The translations under genes and the position numbers were made by a program. This document shows positions 25,901 to 37,918 of a stretch of DNA of 64,000 bases, in pieces. Below the pieces are notes generated by a model. That model did no database searches. It worked only from the letters and a program-made list of their open reading frames with translations, and was not told the origin of the DNA. The stretch's first letter is position 1; the number at the start of each line of letters is the position of its first letter. Origin of the DNA: Lingula anatina (taxonomy: Eukaryota; Animalia; Brachiopoda); assembly GCA_051362555.1 (NCBI GenBank), contig CM120648.1, positions 17,480,587 to 17,544,586 on the forward strand. The letters are read 5' to 3'.

Positions 25901-26466
25901 CAATAAATTTTAATGAAAATATAAAAAAATCATATCTGCTTTTGAACTAACGACAATGCATTTATTAACATCTCTTAAAGATGTCGATATTTTGATGAAA
26001 CAGTTGGGGCGTTTTTTTTTTCATGCATGGATGTGTGCGGACGAGTGTGTTCGTAAATAAATAGGTGTGTGGTACATTACGGATATTTAAGGGCTTGATG
26101 CGTGTTTATATAAAAAAATAACGAAAAGAGACACATTACCTGTTCAAAGTACTTATATCCATCTCTGTGAACCAAATTTGTGCTATTCTCGTCTGATTTG
26201 GCACCAGCATATTCACATAAATCTTCCCCTGAATCGGCTTTAATGTAGTTGAATCCCACACAGCGGGGAGTGTTCGCCGTGCACGCGATGGCGCACGCGC
26301 TTTTTGTAGACACATATTGGCGTCCGAAAACATTTGTATTCGCTACGTTTTCCCGGCAACTAGGAGGATTGACATATCTGTAGATATTTGTGGACATTTT
26401 AGCCCCAACTACAATCCAAACGACCGTAAGCATGAGTTGTAAAATGCAAAGCATGTTTAGATGCAT
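20139..26466 (-). CDS. PAN/apple + C-type lectin gene, copy E (242 aa). Exons 26466-26140, 21227-21188, 20891-20739, 20347-20139
   Basis: Same exon sizes and phases. The last exon is absent from the ORF track and reads ESSIWLGADDIAKDGDWRWNAANGDPVEYSAWHPVEPNGGSGENCMEMYSDMVWNDKDCDRTKTFLCEG*. Intron 1 is about 4.9 kb and repeat-filled. Confidence 0.9.
22878..22953. repeat. (TA)n microsatellite
   Basis: Seen directly. Confidence 0.97.
22954..24194. repeat. About 255-bp near-identical direct repeats (22954-23208 and 23941-24194) between (TA)n tracts
   Basis: Both copies read gag(c/t)gcatgaattgagaggagtcgccgagg...gatggagggaaaaag with few mismatches. Confidence 0.88.
25431..25679. mobile_element. 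hAT-like MITE
   Basis: Imperfect TIRs cagtggcggatttagg / cctgaatccgctgctg with G/C-run subterminal regions. A related left end occurs at about 22853. Confidence 0.65.
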
Positions 26467-27121
26467 TTTGATACCAACCAGAAAACAACTGTTATACAAC
26501 AAGATATGATTCCCGTTTAGGATCTCTAGACTGTTATTGCCAAGTGCAGCTACTTATGTGTATCGTCTCTCCGTGTCCACATGATAGGGAAGTTTGATTT
26601 ACATAAAGAGGACGTTCTAATCCCTAAAACACACGCCAGCAGGCACGATAAGCAATTACAGTGCCATCAGAGTTTAAGATGTCCATAGAATTAAGCCATA
26701 TCCCTTTCTAAAGAGATCGGAACGCCATTGTGTTCGTATCACAACAGAAATCTCAACAGAACATCGATATGGATACTTTTATATAAAGTGTTCTTAATCA
26801 AATGAAGGAATCATTAGAGTGTTTTTCTGTATCATTAATCTTTTATTACGTGTTTTCCTCCGCCAATGACTCTGAAATAGAAGTACATTAAGTGCCTGCG
26901 AGTTTAACATGATGACTCCAAATGTGGAGTCAAATTACAATCGATGTCTTCCATGCTTTGATAATATTGTTATATTGTGTTAATAAGCACGGTTACGTAA
27001 CCCATGTCCAATATAATAACAATAAGGAACCTGCACGCTCCACAGAAGTGGAGAAATCGTTAACCAGATAAATCAAAATCTCCTCATATTTAGTTCAACA
27101 TTTGAGTCTCTCTCCATACAG

Positions 27122-27156
<35 letters not shown>

Positions 27157-28903
27157 CGTGTGTGTCACTCCTACAACTGTGACGTAATGATGGGTATATA
27201 CTGCTGACTAAAGGCAAGACTTTTACAGGTGTGCGTGTGTGTGTGTGTGTGTGTGCAAAACCAAAACACTGACTTATAAATTATCTGAAAAAAACACCTT
27301 CGTGTATAACAGAAACAGTTGCAGTTATCTGTAAAGAAACCCTACGTGACACGCTCACCCTGTGCAAATTGAGATTAACAAACTCGTTATACCTCTGAGC
27401 TTTTGTTGATATTGATCATTCGGAGACCATGCCCATTTGATTTTCAATATCTGTTTTCTTTCTCTACTCTCAAAATACAGTGTTTTTAGGAGTTGTATAG
27501 AAAACCAATCACAAAGACAGGCAACATTGATACGTTGGTTAACAGGTGAGGCTGGTTCTAAATGGTAATCACTTTGCTTCACAGTTCTTATTTTCTTCTT
27601 TTTTTTCCAATCAGTATGCTGTGTTTTATTGTAGACTAAAAACAAAATGCAGCCCGCATTATTTCCATTGTTGGGTAAATTAACAATTAACCCGCGGCAA
27701 ACATTTTATGTCGTTGTTTTGAAGCTTTGCTTGGTTTGACCCCCCCCCCCCCCAATAAAAGGAGCAAACAACAAGCAGCTACGCTACATGTACCATGGTC
27801 CTTAATTATCCATATACCAACCGCGTATATAGTGGGTTACCGTGATTGATTACCAACTTGTCGATTTCGAAACAATGACCAATGTTGGTCTAAATATTAA
27901 CTCCAAATTAAAAGAAAATTTCGAATGTTTAAGAAAAAAAATTAACATTTTATATCTTTTCAACAGTGAATTTTTGTCAGTTTTGGACTTCTACGATTGC
28001 CGGTTTTAAAAAATGTTGACTTAATTTTGTGTTTGTTTTTGTTTTTGTTTTTTGTCTTTTAAGAAAACAACACATTTCCAAGTATAAAGTTTACCTTTGA
28101 AAACTGGGGCTCAGCTGACATATGTTTCTGGGTATGCACATGCCCACGTACAGGCATTTCCACACGTGCCCAAGTGCAGCTGGATTTTTGTAGCACTTTG
28201 ACACGCAAAAAATGGCTAATTTGACAAAAATACGAATGAATCGATATGCACTACTTTTATATCTTTGGCATTTTGCATTCGTGAACTTTATTCAGGAATC
28301 ATTACATTGAATACTCTTTTTTTTAATTAACAAATACACTGTGCGTGTAAGTCGATAATTCAGAAAACTTGGTAATTTGGGGGCTTAAATTGTAAATGCT
28401 AGAGTTCCAATTTTACAAGCAAACGTAAGAGGGCCCGGAGTATTTCCTTTAAGACACAATCATATGAAATACTAAATCAGAGTTAATATTTTTTTTCATT
28501 TCTATGGTAATTGTTATCCTTAAGGTACGAATTCACTTTTTGTTTCACAAACAAAAATGTAGATACACGTAAATTAAGACATTTGGATTTTGAAATGGAT
28601 TTTGCTTCAAAATAATTCTGTCTTCAAGGCGACGCAAACGATGCAGCCTGACGAAACGCAAACGATGCAGCCTGAACAATTTATAAGTGAACAATTAAAT
28701 AATAAAGTTAAATGACAAAAGTTCAATTACTATATTTTTTGCGTATATTCTTTAAGCTGAGATTTTTCGCTGTGAATAATCTGTTTCACAAAAAGTCTAA
28801 TCTTCAATATGGAATCAACTCCATATTTTCAATAATACTGATTTCAAGGAAGGAAAAGTCAGTGTTTTCTTTCAGTTATGCTTTCAGTCACAGTTCATTA
28901 ATT

Positions 28904-30213
28904 CTACACCAGTACAGCGATTGCACATAATGCAAAACACAGCAATCTCAACAACAACATGATGGTATCAAAGACACTTCCTTTGTTGACTGCAGCACGC
29001 GGTGCTCCACTGGCCTGCACTTTTGGCAGTGAGACATCGCTCTTGTTCATGTCGTCGTTGACGCCCTTGCAGCGGTGGTACGATTCTTCTCTTGGACACA
29101 ATACGAATGTCCACTGTGAACTCCCCAAAAGCGTCTGTTTAAGGGTTTTCTCGGCGTCATGTTGGAGAGACCGGGATAAATTAAAACCTACGTCATAACT
29201 AGACACTACCGGTAGAAAAATGATAGAAACAGTAACGCGAAAAACGACAAAGGAAGTGGCACTGTCTTTTTGGGAGTCACAGGTGCTCTCTTTAAACCTA
29301 ACGCGCTCCTTTGCCTCCAGTGCCGATTTGGTATGCTCCAGTAGTAAATCGCATGGCGCCTCTGTTTGCTGTTGTTTTGGGTCCCACCGCAGCGGGATGA
29401 AGAAGAAGGTTAACTTGTACGGCACTTTCCTCAGGTTTGTCAACAAGGGGCGACATGATCCCCTGCCAATGATGTAGCCGGGTGGACAAATCTTGCTTGT
29501 GGCGTTAACCTGGAGACAAGAAAAGTTGCTTCAGAACATATTCTTTTTATTTTCCCCCGGTTTCAAAACATGTCTGAGCTCCCAGGCTACGTTTAAGTAA
29601 ACAAGTTTACAGGTGGAAATTAAAAAAAATCTTTTATATCAAACAATGAACTGAAACGTATAAAATGCGCTTGACGATGCAGATTTGTTCTTCGGATTAT
29701 GGCTTGTGATTTTTCTCATGCTCGAGCAGAATTTAATTATCATGATGTGAATAGCAATTTTACAGCTAATTTACAGTTACTTCTTGATTGGAGATGGACA
29801 CAAGTGATTGTGGACTTACCGTCATAATTTGGTCAACATTGTCCTTCTTCAAATCATTTGCGTAAAGTAAAGCACTAAAACTTACAGGATCAAACTCTTT
29901 CGAAGGCCCTTGATCTGCATTCGATATATCTGAAAACAAGTGTTACAATAAATGCAAATGTGTCATCCCATGAGCCCTGGTCATGTATGTATCTTAATCC
30001 ATCCCTAGCTATACAACCATCACAACTGACCTCTCTTCCTTTACTTCCTTCATAACCCATCAAACTAATTTTCAACATGTATATGGCTTTTGGATTTACA
30101 TCTCCAATATCAATTGTTCTTCGGGACACTCTGAATACTTTCAATCATTTTCCTCATGCCGATTTTGATGTCCACCATATTAAGAAGAAATGACATAATC
30201 AGTAGAATATGAC

Positions 30214-30256
<43 letters not shown>

Positions 30257-31340
30257 AGTAAGTTCTATATTCAGAAATTGAGACGATTTTTTTTTAATTC
30301 TCACCTGTACTGCAGTCGTGATACGCGACATCTGTGTAGCAGTGCATACAATGGTAATTTTTAAAAAATGACTCCCCAAATTGGACCACGTTAGTGTATG
30401 ACTGACAGGCATCTCTAAGTGGAGAAGAACTGATGTTCATTTGGCTCAAAGGGTCCTGAAGACATGACTCGTACACGTCCGTTCCTCCTTCGGGGAAACA
30501 TCGGCGAAGTTTGTGCTCCGGATTTGGTATCAAGGTGCCGCTGCAATCCAACCACGTCTCTAATATTTGCAGGACACATGCTGAGGAACCGCACTTGGAC
30601 AGGAACTCTACATCCATTTCATAAGTTCTCAAACATTGAACGAGAAAAAGCCAGTCTTCAGCGTTTTGGACGTCATTGCACTCAGCACAGTAACGGTTTT
30701 TGAATATGAGTGCTGACTGTGGATCGGTGACCGGCAAAATGACTTCTAGGTCATCTAAAAGGGTGCCATTGGAAATACTCGTACAAAGCTCCTCAGTCCT
30801 GGCGTCCGACCACGAAACTGGACACCGGTCAACCATCCAGAAGTGACCGTACCAATCTTCTCCGTTTATCATTCTAGCGTCTTCGAATCTGGGCGCCGTT
30901 GGCGCTCGCCTGCACGTGCTTCTCCTTGCCAGAGCGATGCCATCTGGTCTCCGTGATGCCCATGCTTTAAGAACAACTGATGCGTTTATCAAAACTGACG
31001 TCCCTGTGGGGTTAGGGGACCTGGTGACATTTTCGGCCTCGAGCACATTTGGAGACGGCGGCTCTATGGCTGTCGTTGCCGTACATTCACTGTCTGACCC
31101 CCAGCAGCAGTCGTTAAAAATTGAACATAAATCATCGCAAGAGCAATGTACTTTAAAATGGTGCGCAGGTTCCGAAGATGGGTATTTTCCACAAAGCCAT
31201 TCGTGCGGCCTCAGCTGCTGCCCTCTATCGTTTGTGCGCGGGGTTGTCACGTTGGGAGAGCGTTGATCCAACAAGACAGAGGAAGCCATGATTGCCAAAC
31301 TGGCTAGCAACAGTATACGAACAGAACGTAACGCGATCAT
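28904..31340 (-). CDS. Secreted or membrane-anchored somatomedin-B (SMB) / Cys-rich protein, 583 aa. Exons 31340-30305, 29929-29820, 29509-28904
   Basis: Signal peptide MIALRSVRILLLASLAIMASS; SMB motif CSCDDLCSIFNDCC; Cys-rich motifs WMVDRCP, PVT...FKNRYCAECN and FKNYHCMHC; SFSALL motif in exon 2; CPPGY...CRPL in exon 3. Splice phases 1 and 0 give a continuous frame. The C-terminus is hydrophobic (IMLLLRLLCFALCAIAVLV*). Confidence 0.85.
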
Positions 31341-32455
31341 GTTGTGTCCCTTGAGAATAGGAAACAGTGACTGTAAGGTTTGCACTCCTCCTTATATGAC
31401 GCACATTTTATCGTGTCTGGAACTGGTACGCTAATTATCAGTTCACATACTGAAGTACGTTCAACATTCTTGGTTAATTCTACGTGATGGGTTCGTATGT
31501 ACACTGGTTTTCAAATTCTCTGCACCATACTCTTCCATTAACTTATACCATTTATTTTGCACGGTCGGTTTTGAGAGTTGAATGAACAAATTTCTAAACG
31601 TGTTACTATATTTTCACGACCGTTTGTATTTAAGAATTAGCTTTGTTTTGCTTGATCAGAGGCGGTGGTTTCCTGCACTAACGAGATCAACACTTCATTA
31701 ATAAAAACCGCTCCTCTTCGTTCGCCTTTTTATTAGAGCATATATCTCACGTTTAATTGGCGTAAGAAATGTCACAACTCAGATTTTGCGTGTCAACCTT
31801 TGCGAAAACGACTGATTAGGCTAATTTGTATTATTTTGAACACGGTGGTTTGCTTTCATGATTCTTAATTCTCTGACGTGATTTTGCGGTCCCTTGAGCT
31901 TCATCTGTTTTATTAAAAAATAATGATAACGGAAACTGGTAGAGTTTCTAATTAATGTGCTATTCAGGCTGCCATTGAATCCAAACACATACGCCACACG
32001 TAAAATGATCATTCATATTTTTCATTGAAATTCATGTTTACCTAAGAAGGTTCTATCTGCCTTTATCCGATACATCTTTTTTTCATAATTTTCATCGTAG
32101 TGGCTTCACTCTTTGCACTGCCACATCATCATTTTGAGTTCCAAAATTCAGGTAAAAAAAATTTAATTACATGACCCAGTTGCACCAACCGTTCGAAAAT
32201 TGGCGTAGCAGTTGCGCTGGCGTAAATCCAGCGCAAAAAGCGAGAAAAAGCGAAAAAGCGAAAAAGCGAGAAAAAGCCAGTTGCACCAAACTGGAATAGT
32301 GTTTATCTCGGTCTTAATTTAGTCGTATTTACGCCTGCCAGCTAGGTGGTGTATGTCGGTCGAAAGTCATTTTTCACTATGGCTAGGCTGATACATAACA
32401 GAGAGAGTTTGATGACAGTTATCGTAATTAACGCAGACAATATGGGTTGTTTATA

Positions 32456-32768
32456 TCCCAGCAGGCATAGTTGCGTTGGGTCAACGTTGAAAACAGGTTG
32501 ATACGTTGAATTGCCGTTGATCTACCTAAATTCAACGTCAAATCAACGTTGATCCAGCCACGTCGAAACACCGTCATAATGTGCTGCTAAACACATCCAG
32601 GCTAATGTTCCGCTGGGTGGGGTTGATATAACATTGTTTTCTGACGGTGATACAACGTTGTTATCTGAGGTTGACACAACTTTCAAATCCAACGTTTATT
32701 CAATGTCTACTCAACGTTATGGTTCAACGTTGTGTCAAAGTTAAAACAACATAATTTGCCCGCTGGGT
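32456..32768. mobile_element. MITE with CCCAGC...GCTGGG ends and AACGTT subterminal repeats, nested in the Harbinger-like element
   Basis: TIRs cccagcaggca / tgcccgctggg with many caacgttg motifs in both halves. Confidence 0.6.
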
Positions 32769-33188
32769 ATGTTTGTTTCTTCCACATGTTTGTTTCTTCT
32801 AACTGAGCAGTGACTGCTCGGTTAGAACATACACACAAACACACACAAATATTTTGCAATGGACTGATCACTAATATTGTAGACGACGTAAAGCATAAAA
32901 TGACTGAGTCCTTTATTGACGTATAGATAACACAATTTGTAACAATTTCGTTTGCACAATAGACACCGTGACACGTTTGTCCTTTGTAGCTTTCTTTGTA
33001 GCTTTCTTATCGAATATTTTGTTTGTTGAAACAATATGACTAACGCGTTTTTCATATTTTTAACAATCAAACAAATCAATCAATCGAAGATTTTACTTTA
33101 ATAATATTTTGATTTGGAATACATTAACGATCTTGTTGCTATATATCCAAGGCAACAGCAAAGTAAACATATATCAATGTTTTAAATT

Positions 33189-33275
33189 CTAAATCAAAAA
33201 GGAATAATGAAGCTTCTGAATCTCTCCATCACTAAATCAAAAAGGAATAATGAAGCTTCTGAATCTCTCCATCAC
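33189..33275. repeat. ~44-bp tandem duplication
   Basis: ctaaatcaaaaa(a)ggaataatgaagcttctgaatctctccatca occurs twice. Confidence 0.9.
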
Positions 33276-33421
33276 TGGAATTCTCATTTCGTATCTTTTT
33301 GATGTCGTCATCCTATTATAATTGCAGCTGTGAATTCCCCATTTTTTCGATTATACCATCCACGTATTGCTAGGCAGTACGTGACATAACGGAGCGCTAC
33401 TCGGGCGTAGTTAAGACGGTC

Positions 33422-33455
<34 letters not shown>

Positions 33456-34606
33456 TCTTGGTGCAAGAGGCGTAAGCAGGGAGAGTAAACCTGGCGCACG
33501 GACGCCAGGCGTTGCGCTGTAAGGGACGCGGTGGCGCCCCTTAGCATGTCCCACGCCCCTAGGATGTCGCGGCGCCCGCGCCTAGACTATAGGATGTCGC
33601 GGCGCCCGCGCCTAGTAAGATTTATTATAAGGTATTATTATAATGAGACATTAAGGTACATATAAATAGAACAGGTGGTGGGTAGAGAGAGGAAGTTAGG
33701 TAGTGGGAATAAAGCTGTTTGGAAATCCACGTCTCTTGTTGCTCACTTCTTCTCGATATGTGAACCTAAAATCGAACCTTACAGGATTGGCGAGCCGCCA
33801 TACAGACACGTGAGATGTTTGTCAAAAGCGTGGTTAAAGTGATTCTGTATGATAATGACTCCTACTCCTGTACTTGTTTAAAGAGACAGAGCTTAGCTCT
33901 TATTACGGCCTTGTGATATAATTAACTGCAAACTGCAATGAAACGCAACAGTGGCAACTTCAATTCTGTGGAACACTTAACGTATGTTTAATGAAGGATT
34001 CGTCTAGAATGTTATCATAAAACCAAACGCAATATGCAACATTCAAAAGTTATACTATGGTGGTGTTTCGGTAAACAATATGCATCTGAAAAATGTGTGT
34101 GCGTGTGTGCGTGCGTGTTCAGGTTCGTGTAGCCCATATAAGCTGTAGCATCAGTTAACCTAACCGTCTCCAATTTAACTATTATTTATAATTTCAGTTG
34201 AGCAGATACTCGCAAAATGTCGGAACTGATGTTCTGTAATTGAACCCATGCTATGTACAAAAGGCATCAAATACATTCAGTTTTGTTATGAAAAATATAT
34301 ATGATATGGTAACTATGAGTGCCACGCAAACAGCTAATTAACACGTCTGTGAAATATAGTGCATTTCATCTACAGTATGTTTTCGCGATCGAAAAGATAA
34401 AACTGTTTATATATTTGAATAATTCACATCTAACACAGCGAAACCAGATATTTTGTTGAGTAAGTGAATAAATGATAAGATAATTACCGGCCACGTTATG
34501 CCCGCATTCAGAGATAAGCAACTGCCAATCTATTCTTTTACCGGTAAAAACACCTGTTGCTGCTTGGTTTACTGCTGTCGACAGCTTTATAGAGTAGATC
34601 GTACAA

Positions 34607-34689
34607 ATGGAGAGATCACAGGCTCCGTTCCGATGGGGGGTAAGTTTTAAATCTAAAGAACATGTCGATATACCAAACGGTTGTATGGG

Positions 34690-34733
<44 letters not shown>

Positions 34734-37070
34734 GCGCGCGCACATCCGTTCATCGAACAACTGACAATACAAGACACACGTTTACAAAAGGGAAGCGCAA
34801 CTCATCGTTTACTCAGACAAATCACTTATTTTTTTAACCTAATAAACATGATATTGACTTGTTTTCTGATCTTAATAGCATGACTGAATACGAATATGTT
34901 GATGTTTATCTGCATTTGCATACCTTTTTTAAATCATCGCGTGAACTCTACACCGTCTACAGGAAATGATATTATAGGGTCCTTGTCCAAGAATTGTGGA
35001 CAGCATAGAAATGTTATATGTAGCGTTTTCATTTAGCACACCGGTGTAATATGAATTTATATTTCAACATATGAATGACACTTATCGATTATTTAATGTT
35101 GTTATTTGTTCAAGAGGCATCTGGATTAACATGGGTTCTGAATTCGCGTTAGGGCGAGTAACGTTGGACACAGGTTTTTTAAAAACATATTTATTAACAC
35201 ATAAACATACATACATACATACATACATCCGCACGCATATACGACCTCACGCCCGGCCGCACGCGCGCACAAACACACATACATGCTTGCATTGTACATT
35301 GCTATACATGTCTTTGACTTATTGTGTTAATATCACAATAAGAGGCATTTGTGATACCGTAATATTAGAATACAGAAACTCATCATTTTGATTGCAGTTC
35401 CCGCGTAGTCGAGGTATATGTCGCTTCAGACTAGCCGTCATAGTCCCCCTGTTCCTTCTTACCACTGCTGGCATAGTCTACGTCGAGCAGCTCTCCACTA
35501 TCCACGCCTTAATGACCCGACTGGACCGGCTAGAACGCAGTCACGGACTCCTGCTTGCAAAATTACACCAGTCCTCTGATCCGGTCCTCTCGGACATGCG
35601 TGTGGTGCCACCTACCTACATGACCCTGGCGCCATCTATGGTCTATAACACACCGCCACTGCAGACAGGTGACAACGATGGAGTGACGCTCGATTACCCA
35701 ACGAGAGACTTCGTTCCAGAAATAGGTAACCGTGAAAATGAAGAAAATGAGGACCTTCCCGATGAGGAAGACGCTATAATCATACCTAATCGCCCAGAGG
35801 GGCAAAATGACGCAGGGTTGTCGGTTGAACGTCTGAACGTGCAAGATCAAGGGTACAATGACGGGCAGTTAAATCAAGGCGGTGGATTCCCCAATATGAA
35901 TGTTCCAAATGACGGTTTAGATTTGGGTCCAGGTCAGATTCTCTTGGGACCTCAGCCAGTCCAAAATGGAGGTGTGCCTTTACAGCAACAACAACAACAG
36001 CAACAACAACTACAACAGCAACAACAACTGCAACTGCAACAGCAGCAACAACAACAACAGCAACAGCAGCAGCAGCAGCAGCAGCAACCACCGTTGCAGC
36101 AGTACCCACAGCTACCACAACCAAATCCACAGCTAACTCAGCAAGAGCAACAACAGATTCAGCAAAACCAAGTTTTACAACAGGAGTACCAGCAAAGGCA
36201 GAACGAGCACATTTTGCAAGAAGCGCCGTCTATAGTACGTGATCTGTCGGCAGGACGACAGATGGCGCCGAAGATCACGCCTCAGCAGGCAGATAACAGT
36301 AACAAGGAGTTAGTGAGGTTCCAGGCAATGGTGAACTCGTGGCCGCAGGGCAAACCCAAGGCGGTGATATTTTATCTTTTGAACGCTCGGCGGATTGCCA
36401 AATTTAGGGAGGCCATTCAGAGTCTAGACCGGTGAGTGTAAGAGCTAGATTCCAATAGTTGTACGCCTTAATTTTGTAGGTATATAATAATACATACAAA
36501 ATCATTTAAGATGTTGCAGCATTTTAGTCAAGTGCGTCACATACGCAATGGAATGTTTTGCTACATATCCACTGAGCTGTGCCAGAATAAATAAAGAGCA
36601 TGCACATTAATCGCAGGCCTTAGAAACGGATTTTCTTACTCTCGCCTCATCACACCTGCCCATATTAACGGCTCCAGTCCCAAATTAAGAACCTTAATTT
36701 CTTTACACAACCCTGCATTGAAATACATAAACCGTTTGTCACCTTATCTACTCATTCGGTACTTTCCGTATGAGCCGGAAATAGTCAAGAACGCATTGCT
36801 GCCGAATGAAAAAGCCCCGAATGAAAGCTGACAAAATTGTTTGTGTAATAAAACGCTGGGCTTGTATAAAGCAGCTTTAGGTTTGGGTGCTTAATTCGTG
36901 GCTCGAGTCGTTCGATTGTTCATTTGTGTTCCCAAAACTGAAGCTCGTGTTAGCAAACGACAATTGTCGTTCATAATATCTGAATAAGTTCCGCTTCATA
37001 TTCTTCTTCTCCTCCTTCTTTTTTTTCTTTATCTTCTTTTTTCTCTTTATTATTATTATTATTATTATTA

Positions 37071-37120
<50 letters not shown>

Positions 37121-37918
37121 ACAATTTAATTGTTTTTATGATAATTACGTACACGTTTTTCCACCCCCAGGTTTTTCAACAGCCATTATCGCTATCCAGT
37201 TATTCTGTTCCACGAGACTGATTTAGTGGAGAGCCACAAGAAGATCATCCGCACTTGGACCATATCGGATATTTATTTCCAAATACTAGATTTCTCTATA
37301 CCGGATTGGGTGGATAGACCACCGGAAGAGTGGCTCCACACGTGCGGGTTCGCGGGTCTGGACAGCCGCCATCTTTGTCGTTTCTTTGGCGTCCTCCTCC
37401 CCGACCAGCCCATCCTTCAAGGAATTGACTGGTATTGGCGGCTGGGGGACGACGCCATCCTCCTCTCTGACGTCACATATGACGTATTTCAGCACATGGA
37501 GGAGCATGACTTCACACACGGGTACGTCCGATTGGCTGTTGCCAAGACGACCGACTGTATCGAAGGGTTACGTGCAAACAGCACAAGCTATATTCAGCAA
37601 AGCGGATTGCGGGCGACTTTTCTCGATCGACTGCCGGAGACGCTTAGCCTATATCCTAACTTTGAAATTTCTCGTTTCGGTTTTTGGAGAAACCCGATGG
37701 TTAAGGCATATATCACTTACGTAGATAAAACTGGTGGTATTTACTACAAGCATTGGGGAGACGGAGCAGTGAAAACCACGGCGCTTGCCATATATGAGAG
37801 CATAGATAAAATTGTGCTGCTTAGCGATATAAAGTACCAGCAAAAAACGGGGGCTTCGGATGAAAATCAGATATATATTAGTTCGCTTGAAAAATATCTC
37901 ATACCCACCGTGCTCTAG
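34607..37918 (+). CDS. GT15 (KRE2/MNT1-like alpha-1,2-mannosyltransferase family) type II membrane protein with polyQ stem, 604 aa. Exons 34607-34639, 35398-36431, 37171-37918
   Basis: N-terminal TM (LAVIVPLFLLTTAGIVYV) and a long low-complexity stem. GT15 motifs follow: KAVIFYL, AIQSLDRFFNSHYRYPVILF, RHLCRFF, WYWRL, YDVFQHM, NFEISRFGFWR, YVDKTGGIYYKHWGD. Splice sites are GGG|gtaagt, ttgcag|TTC, CG|gtgagt and cccag|G. The first exon is the least certain. Confidence 0.88.
35983..36087 (+). repeat. Coding CAA/CAG repeat (32 Gln in 35 codons) in the GT15 stem
   Basis: Read directly from the in-frame translation. Confidence 0.95.

Larger units (their letters stand above)
32172..33525. mobile_element. 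PIF/Harbinger-like non-autonomous element remnant; second copy at about 61800-61951
   Basis: Left end gacccagttgcaccaa. Segment 33392-33515 matches 61801-61897, and that copy ends in ttggtgcaaccgggccc, the inverted counterpart of the left end. Confidence 0.6.

Noticed and set aside
35786-36130. Ala/Val-rich minus-strand ORF
   Set aside because: It is the antisense shadow of the polyQ tract.
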